The notes beneath the pieces were generated by a model. That model was not told the DNA's origin and searched no databases. It was given only the letters and a program-made list of their open reading frames with translations. A DNA stretch of 64,000 bases from Thermodesulfobacteriota bacterium. GTDB taxonomy: Bacteria > Desulfobacterota > Desulfobaccia > Desulfobaccales > 0-14-0-80-60-11. Below are positions 1 through 10,100 of this stretch, one piece after another (position 1 is the stretch's first letter; each line of letters begins with the position of its first letter). The stretch lies in the NCBI GenBank assembly GCA_040756315.1, contig JBFLZI010000001.1:2461-66460 (forward strand), read 5' to 3'. The translations under genes and the position numbers were made by a program.

Positions 1-59
1 GATCTTCCTGACCTCTTCGCCGCTTGAGCCTGTTAAGTAAAGCATCGGCTGCGCCCTCT

Positions 60-356
60 TTATCCGGCCCGTTTGGCTTCCTCATTGAGATGCCGCTCGA
101 ATTCCGGCCGGCGCACATAGTCAATGGGCAGCTTTTCTCTCAGCTTGCGCTGGCGCTCCTCCGCTTTTTCCAGACGGTCTTCATGGCTGCCGATTTTCTC
201 CTCCAAATGGGCCCGGCAAGCCTTGCAATTTTCCTTGATATGGAAAAGAGCCTCCCGATTCATTTTCTTCATGACCCAGAAGGTCAGGCCGGGCGTTCCC
301 AGGGCCGCCACCACAATAGAAATCACCTGGGCCACTACGACCACTTCACTGCTCAT
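60..356 (-). CDS. small membrane-anchored protein, function unknown
   Basis: 98-aa ORF with an N-terminal hydrophobic helix (VVVVAQVISIVVAALGTPGLTFWV) and a charged helical tail. ATGA overlap with the upstream gene at 353-356. Confidence 0.5.
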   Translation of the reverse strand: MSSEVVVVAQVISIVVAALGTPGLTFWVMKKMNREALFHIKENCKACRAHLEEKIGSHEDRLEKAEERQRKLREKLPIDYVRRPEFERHLNEEAKRAG

Positions 357-805
357 CGGCCTTCTCCGCAGGCTTTCAGTCGGCGCTCGCGTTGGATGAG
401 CCGACGCGCCACCCCGGCGTCCTTACCCCATTCCAGGCCCCGGTCGAACAGGTTGTGTTCAAATCTCCGGATGCGGAAGCGGCGCACCAGGTCATCGATG
501 AGCACCTGGTAATTGAAGTCTCTACAGGAAAAGGCGTCGGCGGAGAGGTAAGACCGTTCAGGAAAGGTGTGGATGCAGATATGGCTTTCGGCGATGAGCA
601 CGAAACCGGAAATGCCCCGGTCCTCCGGTTTGGGCCCCTTATACTTGAACACATAAGGGGGCATGATCTTGGTCATCTGGATGAGGTCCGGGGCTTCCTC
701 CAGGAAGGAATAGATCTTATCCAGATTGGCCAAGGCCAGGGGGTCGGCCCCATAGCCGTCAAGGGTCAGGTGGGGGCCAAAGGCCGAGTAAGGGAACTGC
801 TCCAT
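353..805 (-). CDS. speH: S-adenosylmethionine decarboxylase proenzyme-like (pyruvoyl-dependent, small SpeH/SpeD class)
   Basis: Signature IAESHICIHTFPE (self-cleavage Glu-Ser plus HT-PE) and ~150 aa length. Start moved to the ATG at 805, 10 nt after GGGAGGG, just downstream of the preceding stop at 823-825. Confidence 0.7.
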   Translation of the reverse strand: MEQFPYSAFGPHLTLDGYGADPLALANLDKIYSFLEEAPDLIQMTKIMPPYVFKYKGPKPEDRGISGFVLIAESHICIHTFPERSYLSADAFSCRDFNYQVLIDDLVRRFRIRRFEHNLFDRGLEWGKDAGVARRLIQRERRLKACGEGR

Positions 806-822
806 CTTCCATAAACCCTCCC

Positions 823-1161
823 TTAGTCCTGTCTCCCATAGCACCAAAAAACTGCGGGGATGGTAACGTCACCGGCGGCGGCCACGTCCAGGGTCACTTT
901 GGCGGTCATGGCCCCCGCCACCAGGAGTTCCTTCTCCAGGTTGTGATTCTGGTTTTCGGCCTTGGCCCCGGAATTGTAGAATTCGTAACCGTCCTCATCT
1001 TCCAAGGTCAGGGTGGCGGTAGCGGCAGACCCGGGGATGGTGGGCACTCGCAGGTGCATCAGCCGGACCAGACCTTCCAACACCAGGGGCAAGGAGACCA
1101 CTTGGACCCCGTTCGCAAAGACGAAATTCAGTTTCTTCCTTAAAGCCTGTTCAGCCTTCAT
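823..1161 (-). CDS. hypothetical phage protein
   Basis: 112-aa ORF overlapping the end of the giant ORF by 4 nt. High GC3. No motif recognised. Confidence 0.45.
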   Translation of the reverse strand: MKAEQALRKKLNFVFANGVQVVSLPLVLEGLVRLMHLRVPTIPGSAATATLTLEDEDGYEFYNSGAKAENQNHNLEKELLVAGAMTAKVTLDVAAAGDVTIPAVFWCYGRQD

Positions 1162-4100
1162 CGCCTGGCCTCCTGATGTTCTTTACTCGGTCTGAAGCCC
1201 GTCATCCAGGGCGCGGGCACCTTTAAAAAGCCGCCGAAGATGTGGAAAGCCTGTTCCCGTTCTTCCTTGGTGGGCCGGTCCCACAGGGCCCCGGGCCGGA
1301 AGGGTTTCAACAAGTCCCGGGGCGATACCGCGGTCAAACCCCGGGCCGTCTCTTCCCGCTCCGTGCGGATGGCGCCGGCTATGCGGCGCTGCCTTTCTTC
1401 TGCCTCCATCTCGCTCAACCGAGGGAAAGAGGGTTGCAGCTTCCGGTAGGCCCGTTCCGTGGCTTCCGCGGCCACCTGGTAATACTGCTTCGCATCAATG
1501 GGCTTGTGCCCTTTGCCCGGCAGGGACCGGGAGGGCATCCCCACCTTTTCCGCCGCCGCCGGGTCCATGAAGGTATTGGCCCGTCGGGCGATGACCACCA
1601 GTTGCGCGTCGATTTTATCCAGCTTCTTTTGCTTCTCCTCCGGCGTCAAGTTTTTGGCCGCATAAATGGTGTCACGCTCCTTCCGCAGCTTGCCCATCTG
1701 GGCCATTTCCAGGCGGGCCACCCGGGCGAAGATGGCCTCGGGATGTTCCTTCAGGAACTTGTCCAGATCCCCCGCTTTCCCCTGCTGCCAGAGCACCTTC
1801 CAGCCTTGGTCGGCCTGCACCGCGGCCTGGTAATGCTCGAAGAAGTCATTGACGCTTTTGGCCCGGTTGCCGGTGGGGGTCCGGGTGAAGAAGGCCCGCA
1901 CCCCCCATATCTGCTGAATAGCGTCCTGGGCCGGTTTAGGGATATCCTCCCAAACCCCGGCCTTGCGCAGGGCCAGGTCCACGCCCGGCAGGAAATAGTT
2001 GGCCCCCAGGCCGCCGCCCAAGGTGCGGATGAAGTGCTCCATCATCACCGGGCTGATGCCCAGGGGTTCCCCGAAATGCCGGCTGAAGGCCTTGGCGGTT
2101 TCGGTGGTCCAGGGCTTGGCCCGCATAGACACCGGGAGCCGTTGCATGGCCACGTCTTCGATGGGCCGGCCCCGGAAGTAGTCATAGTTGGCCTTCATTT
2201 CCAGGAGCGGGCGGGCGATGGTGGGAACCACTTCCGGCATGGCCGCCTCCCACACCGCCTTCATAGTTGCGGCCATATCCGGTTTCTGCCCCAAGGCCCA
2301 TTCCATCATCCGCTCCGGCACCGAGCCGAAGAGGATGCCGGCCTCAAAGGGCTTGGGGATGCGGAGCATGGGGCCGTCCTCCCCCAGGGGCAGGTGCCAG
2401 AAGTAGTTCTTTTCCCAATCCTCCAGTTCCTTGTAGCGTTTGTCCCGGGAGGCGAAGGCCCACACCAGGAGTGAAATTGCCGTCAGCATGGTCAACCGCT
2501 TGAGCACTGCTTTGCGGTTGGGACCGGCCAGTTCGCTGGCCATTTTGTCGATCCCCTGGATGGAGGCGTTAAAGAAGGGAATGATCATGCCCAGGTAGCG
2601 CACCGCGGGATGCCCTCCCACCCGGCTGTAGTCCAGGGTGGTGCGCCGGGCCTCGTGGATGGCCTCGGCATGGCTCAGGCCCTTCTCCCGGGCCTGCTTG
2701 TAGATGCTGAACCGGGTCATGTTCTCCAGGTAAGCCGAGGCAAAGCGGAGGGCCTGGATGGGATGGGCGAAATACCTGATCTTCTTGCCGGGATTCAGGA
2801 TTTGGTCGGCGGTCACCCTATTGGACTTGGCAAAGGCCTGGGCCAGGGTGGCCAACTCGCCGCCCCCCGCTTCCCACTGCCGGTGGAATTCCCGGGCTTG
2901 TTCGTCTTTGGCCAGGAGTTTGAAGGTATCCCGCCACCAGTAGGCCGGATTGAAACCGAAGCGGCTGAACAGCCAGGCTTGCATAATATCTCGGACCGGG
3001 TTTCTCCCCAGGGAAAACTCCGGCACCAGAATGGCCCCGGCGCGCAGCGTGTCCGCCGGCAGCTTGGCGACTCTCATCAAAATGCCGATATCTCCCGGCA
3101 TCATGTTCACCGCGGCCTGATACAGGTCCGGGGGCACCTTGAGCCAGCGCATCAGCCCGTCCCGATAGTAGGGCAGGCAGCCCGGTTCCGGCGGCAGAGG
3201 AGAACGCACCCAGATTTTGTGGTAGAACTCCCGGAGTTGCCTTTGGGCCGTGGGCTTGAAGTCCAACAGCGGCTTAAGCTCCTCATTCCCCTGCAAAAAC
3301 TTCTCGAATACCGCCGTGGCGTTGGGGGCCAGGGTCCGGGCCGTTTCCCGGTCGGTGAGGAAGCGGTTGACGAACTCCGCCACCTGCTCTTCCTTTTTCC
3401 GGACATATCGCCGAAAGTAATCGCTGACTTGCGCCTCTCCTATCCGCTGGTCGGCGATCTTCCGCAGCTCCCGCTTCATCTCCGGAGTGCCCCGGTTAAT
3501 CAGCAGATCTTCCAGATTGGCTAGGTGGTCGATGGCGTGGCCCAACTCATGGGACAGCACCTTCTCGGTGGTAGCGAAGCGCACTTCGATTTCCCGCTCT
3601 TCCGGGCCATAAGCCCCGCCCGCTTCCCGGCGCATCCCGGCCTTGAACCGCCCCAGCACCCGGCCCCCCAGGGTGTAGAGCATCCTGACGTTCACCCCGA
3701 TGGCCTGGCAGAGCTTTTCAATCTGGGGCCGGAGCTTCTCGTCGATCTCCTGCTTCAGGGTCTGGTCCACCGGCACGAACTTGGCGGGAATTTCTTTGAC
3801 GTCCTCCATCTCGGCATACTGGGCCGTCACATACAGGCCCCGGTAAACTTTGTTGCGGGCGTAGGCGAACTGCGCCTTGTAGGCTAGTTCCATCCACATT
3901 TCCAGGGGGTCCAAAATCTGTCTTTCGGAGCCCTTGATCTTTTTAATCACTCGGCCTTTGACGCCAGCTGCGCTGGCGTGGGCGGAGATATAAGTCTCCA
4001 TATCGTCCAACAGCCGTTTGAAGGGCACATAGAACTGGTTCTTGGCCTTGATGTCCTCATAGCGGGCCTGGTCGATGAAGCCTACCTGGAGTAGGGGTTG

Positions 4101-7100
4101 CAAGATCATCTGATCGCCCCACTCCCGCATGGCTTCCGCCGTCTCCTCCAGGACGGCATAGTCGGCGCTGTATTTCTGCTTCAGGGCGGCCAGGGCGGCC
4201 CGGCTCAATTCCGGATGGGTGCCTTTGATTTCCCCCGGCTCCCGCACCCCAGTTTCCCCGGCCAACTCCAGGTCCCTTTGGGCGGGCATCAACGCGTGGA
4301 AAAGGTCACCGGAGACCTGGGCGAAGGATTCGCCCCGCTTTTGGGCCAGGTCTTTCAGCGGTTCCAGACGTTTCACCAGACTGGGCCCCACGGCCTCGGG
4401 GGCGTCGCCGGTAAAGACCAGCCGGTCCAGCTTTTCATCGAACTCCAGGGTGTCGTGGTAGACGTAATCCCCGCTTATACCCTGGCGCACCCGGCCTTCC
4501 ACCCCCCTGAGAAAACTCAGGTTGTAGGTCACGTTTTCCCCGGCGGGGACCGCAATGCCGGCTTGGGCCGCTTTCTGCGCAACCCGTTCCCAGGCGGCCC
4601 AGCGGTCCACCACCTGGCTGTAAAAATCCTCGGTGAGGCCCTTAAACCCCTCCCAGCCCTGCTTCAGCCTCTCCCGCCAATTCCTGGCCGCCTCCTGGTC
4701 CAGGGCCACCACCTCCCGCTTGAAGCGGTCGATGACCTCCTGGGGCCCTGGGGCTTCTTTGATTTTCGCCCTCGGGGCGATCCCCTCCGGCAATCTTCCC
4801 TTCCGCCCCCAAACCTCCCCGGTCCTCATCTTCCCGAAAACGGCTTCCGCGTCGGGGAAGAAGGCCCGGTAAATTTGACGGAAGAAATTCAAGATTTTCT
4901 GGAAAAGGGTTTCGGGCTGCTTCTCAGGAATCCAGGTTTCATAAGCCCGGGCCGCGGCCTCTTCATTTCCATATTTCCTGAGCACCGCCTGTCTTTCCCG
5001 CTCGGTCAGGGCCAACTCCATGGCGGCATGGAAGACCTCATGGTGCAGGCTTTCGGCCCCCTCCCCCTTGGCCAGGGAAATAAGGTTGGTGCCATTGATG
5101 GTGCGCCATTCCCCGGCAATCACTTCGCCGCGGGCCAATTCGGTCTTGCCATAGGCCGCCAGGGCCTCCGGCGCCACCTGAATGTCCGCGTTTTGCCGCA
5201 CCAGGATGCGGACGCCGTTGGGCAGAGTGACCTCATGCACGTCCGGCATCAGCGCGCTTTCGGTCACCTTGGCCCTGGGCCCGAACGCCGCCTGGATGGT
5301 GTCCTTGGTAACGGTGGGAACCTTGCCTTTTTTCCCGGCAGGACTTATAATTTCTTCAGCCCCTGCTCCCATAGAGGGACGAAAACGCGTAGGCCCTTTA
5401 TGCGTAGGCCTGATGGAACCGTAAACTTTCTCAGGTTCACCAGGGGCGGCTTCCCTCCATCCGGTTAACAACCAAGCTTCTCTTTCTCCGAAACGGTATT
5501 TCGATAAGATGGCAATATGCTTGTCGAAACCAATTTCTACCCGCTGACCACCCTCGGGTCCCGATTCCTTTCGAAATTCTCCTTTGGCGATGACCTCCAC
5601 CATCTTCCTGGCGATGGCTTCACCGTCTTCCCCCTCAGCGTTTCTCTTGGCAATGATATGTGAAACTCCATAGCCTCCCTTAAAATCTTTAGCAGGGTTG
5701 CCGGGTTCGCCCCAATAAAAGGAAATGTCCCCCAAATCATCCCGGCGCATGGCCACGGGCACGTCGGTCTGCTCGGAGATGACCCTCTCCATGGCCGCCG
5801 CGCCCCGGCGCAGGTTTTCGTCCTCTTGTATAGTAAGCCGGGCCTTGGAGATCGCCCGGGGAGTCGCCGCCACTACTGGGCGATGTTTGATGATTTTCTC
5901 AATCACCCCGGGACCGGCCTCGGTAGTGGGAATAAAGAAGCGGGTGTCCCATTGGATTCTTTCAGCGAAGACCCCGGCCCGTCTTAACTCTTCCATGTGA
6001 GCAAAATCCGGGCCCTTTAATTCGATCCGGTCTTCTCCCGAGACCCTGGACCGCTTGATCTCCCAGCCGTTGGCCAGGGTAACGACATAATTGCTATCCA
6101 GAATATTCGTGAAGACCTGTTGCGGAGTGAGCTTGGCGGCGGTGGTGGACTTGGCCCCGAGATTCTGAAGAACTTGGCCAATGACGCGCTCCGGGATGCG
6201 TCGGCCAATAAAACGCTCCCCCTCCCTGGTCTGAAGACGGATTACCCGGGTGTTGCCGGTGAGACGGTCCCAAATGGGCAAGATCGTGCCGGCGATCAGA
6301 TGATGCCGTTCGACTTGCTCTTTTGGGGCCTTGGCGATCTCGGCCTGCCACATCTGCTTGGCTATGGCCCGGTCCTTGATGAGATCCCATTTGCTCTTGT
6401 CCCAGAAATGATAATCTTCTACATCCCGCACGGAACGACTTAACACGCCCCGTAGAGTCCAGTATTGGGTCACTCGTCCGCTTTCCGAAGTGTCGTTCCA
6501 CGATTTAGCTTCCCGGACCCAGATACGGCCACTTCGGACATTCTTGAAGAAGGCTGGTTTGGAGCCGCCAACCTTCTCCGCCTCCTCAAATTCCCTGATT
6601 TTAGTGGGATTGATTTCGTCAACCTCTACATATTTGGTTTCGGCCCCGGTCCTGGGATCGGTATAAACCGTCTGTTCGCTTATCTTTTCAATCCTGCCGC
6701 CGGGATCGGGGCGCAAAGTTTCCATGCCGATGTCCAGGGTGCCCCGACGGGCCGCCACCTCTGCCGCCCGCTCCAATCGTTCCGCAAAAGCCGCAAAAGT
6801 CCGGTTCTGTTCCTGGACCTCCATGCTCAGGAGACGATTAAGAAATTGGGTGATGGGAGGCAATTCCTGGAGCAGATTGCCGTCTTTATCCAGGAGACGC
6901 AACCCTGTCTGCTCCATAAAGGTGCCGATGTTCATCCCCGGGATTTCGCCCCGGTAAAGTTCATAATAGAATTGCCGCAGGGCATCCTTGGCATGAGAAG
7001 CTTCCAGATTGTCCTTGGCCTGGAAAAGCCCGGTGCTGCCGGTCTGTCTTTGGCCCTTGGTCAGGGCCCCCAACTGGTCCAGGCGCCGGGCAATGGAAGA

Positions 7101-10100
7101 GAGAAAGCGTTTCTGTCCGTCTAAATTGGTGGAGACCAGGACATAATGGGGAGCGAAGCGTTGGTTGCTCCGATGGGAGCGTCCCATTTTCTGGACCGCC
7201 ATATCCGCCCGCCAACCCAATTGCACTCCATAGTGAATCCGTTTGCGCTGGTTTTTGAATTCATAGGAAGCGTTGAAACTGCGGCCAGTGCCAGCCATAT
7301 CGGAGAAGACCAGGATTTGCTTCTTGTCAGACAGGAAAGCGCCAATATCGGCCTCCACCTTGGCCCGGCCCCGTTTCTCCAAAACAGTCTCACCCCCGAA
7401 TTTAACCAGACGGCGCTTCCGGCCCGTGGCTTCGGCCACCGCTTCCGGCCCGAAAGTGTTGACCAGCATATCCAAGGGACTATCCGGGACCCGGATGGCT
7501 CCCAACTTTTCCAACAACTCTTCCTTCATGCGGACGGCTTCGGCGTTTTGCACTGGGTTGCCTTGACTATCTTTAACCGCCCGCCATTTTTCGTTGCCCT
7601 CTTCATCCAAGTAAGGTTCAAACTGCGTAGTGGGAAAGGCGTGTTCCACATATTGCATCAGGGCTTCCCGGGGCGTCAGGTCCAGACCGTCCAATTCCTC
7701 TTCGTCCGCCATCCTCGCTAGGCCCCTTTCCTGGGCAGCCTCCAATGTGTTGGTTAACTGGACGAGAACGGCATTGCCCTCGGCCAGGTCCTTCTTTATG
7801 GCTTCCAGGACCGAAGGCATCTGCATAGAGGTGATCACCTGATTGAAAAATCTCTGGTGCGAGCCCCAGAACTGGGAGGCGGCTTTGGCTCTGGCCTGCG
7901 GGCTATTCTCTCCTTCGGTCAACCGGAGGGCTTCATGGATATTCTGCAAAACTACTTGCCAGGCCCGGGCCATCTCATTGTAGATTGCCACCTGATGGTC
8001 GGTGAGATTGTGAACCAAACGGTCATAAGTTACGGTCTGATCCGGCTGGCTGGGCACTTCAAAGGCCAGGGAGCGGGCCAGATAGACCCCCAGGGCCTTC
8101 ATGTCCCGGGCCACCAACTCCATGGCAGCCACTCCGCCACTCTCTATCTCACTGATAAATGCTTCCCGGTTCGGGAAAGGGGTGCCTTCGCCCCACAGGC
8201 CTAAGCGTTCCGCATAGGCCAAGTTTCCTACTTTCGTGGCCCCGGTGGCCGACACATAAACGATGCGCGCCTTGGGCAATTTCTTTTGTAATTCCATGCC
8301 GGCCAAGGCCTTCTGCGAAGGCTTCTTGTAGCCCCGAGCACCTTTTTCACTTCTGCCGCTGCCCATCTCATGGGATTCATCGAAGATCACCACGCCGTCA
8401 AAGTCTTCCCCCAACCACTCGACAATCTGATCCAACCGCCGTTTTCCTTTGACCTCCTCTCCCTTGGGAGCCTGGGCGGCAGATTTCAGAGTGTCGTAGG
8501 TGGTGAAGAGAATGCCCTGAGAGTTCTTAATGTCGCTGTCCGCCTTGATCTTCCCCAAATCAAAAACTAGGTCCGGCTTCCAGCCCACGCCTTCAATGTC
8601 CCGGCGGGCATCCTTAAAGAGGGCGGTGCTTTTGCTAATCCAAGCCGCCTTCTTCCTGCCCTGGTTCCAATTGTCATAGATGATGCCAGCAATTTCGCGG
8701 CCTTTCCCCACCCCGGTGCCGTCGCCGATGAAAAAACCCCGGCGCTGGCCATCGGGCAAGATGTCCTGGTGGGATTGCCCGGCATAGACTACGGCCTCCA
8801 GTTGAGACTCGCTCAATTTGCCGGTGTCGATGACTTCTTTGGGAAGATGGGGTTTATAGGTGGGGGCTGGCGGCTCCACCGCGGCCATGGCCGCGCTTTG
8901 CACCAGCCATCCGGGATGGGGCTGGGCCCCGGAGACTTTTAAACGTTGCGGCTGGTAAGGTTCATAGATTGCATCGGTCAGTTCCCCGGAGGGTCTTGCG
9001 GCCTTCTTTTCTTCTAGTCGGACGGGACCCCGAACTGATCCGGGTATAATCTCGCCGCGCCCAGTCGGCTGTCCAGTTGGTCCACCAATTCCTCCGCCAA
9101 CTCCACTGGGTCTTCCGGCATGAGGTTCGCCTGAAGCCCCGCGTCTCCCTCCGCGCTCTCCTCGAACACCTGCATGACGTTCTCCGGGTTCCAGTTGCCC
9201 ATGGCTTCCACGGTCTCCTTCAGGAAGTGCCACCGGTAAAACTGGCTCAGGTGCAAGGCGTCCTGGGGTGGCCCTTTCACCTTCCCGTTCTCCAGGGCCC
9301 ACTCCAGGAGTTGCAGGACGTGCAGTTGGCCGGGTTCCACGGATTCTCCCGCCCTCTTCAGGGCCTGCTTCGCCAACTGGTTCAGGGGCCGTTCCTGGTT
9401 GAGCTTCTCTCTCTCGTGCCAATACTTGGCGTAGGCGTTCATCTTTTACCCCCTCCAGCAAGGGTATCAGATCTGCAAGCTTCTCAACCGCGCCGACCAC
9501 CGGCTCCCGGGTCGTGGGGCCGGTTTTGTCGATAACCAAAATCTGGTTATCGAAATTCGTGCCATATTTACCATAATTTTTACCACTAACCCCGATATTT
9601 GCAAGAACCTGGTATTCTTTTTTGATTTTCGCCCACCAGGTTGCAAAGGCAGGCTTGTCAAAAGCCATGCCCCGGCCGACGATGGCCACCAGGCGGCCCC
9701 CGGGCTCCAGGCGCTTAAGGGCCTGCTCCAAATGGGTCGCTCCCATCTGGGCCATTCTTTTGCCCAGCATTCGCCCGGCGGTCGCCGAAAAAGGCGGATT
9801 CATCACCACCACCGTGGGGCGCACCTCTTTGGGCAGGATATTATTGAGCTGTTCGGCATTTTCGGTGAAGACCCGGTCAAACCCCATTTCCCGCAGCAGC
9901 TCTGCCCGCCGCGGACTTAATTCGTTGACGATTACCTCTTTGGCCCCGGCATTGTGGGCAAACACCGCCAGCCCCCCTACCCCGGCGCTGGGTTCCAAGA
10001 CCACATCATTCTGGTTGATATTGGCCACCCAACTCACTATGTAGGCCAAGGGAGGAGGAGTGGAAAACTGCTGGAATTCATCCGACTCGCCGGTGCGCCG

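Noticed and set aside
1-45. Possible start of another minus-strand gene (MLYLTGSSGEEVRKI...) running off the left edge
   Set aside because: Only 15 codons are visible. An AGAGGG precedes the ATG, but nothing else can be assessed.
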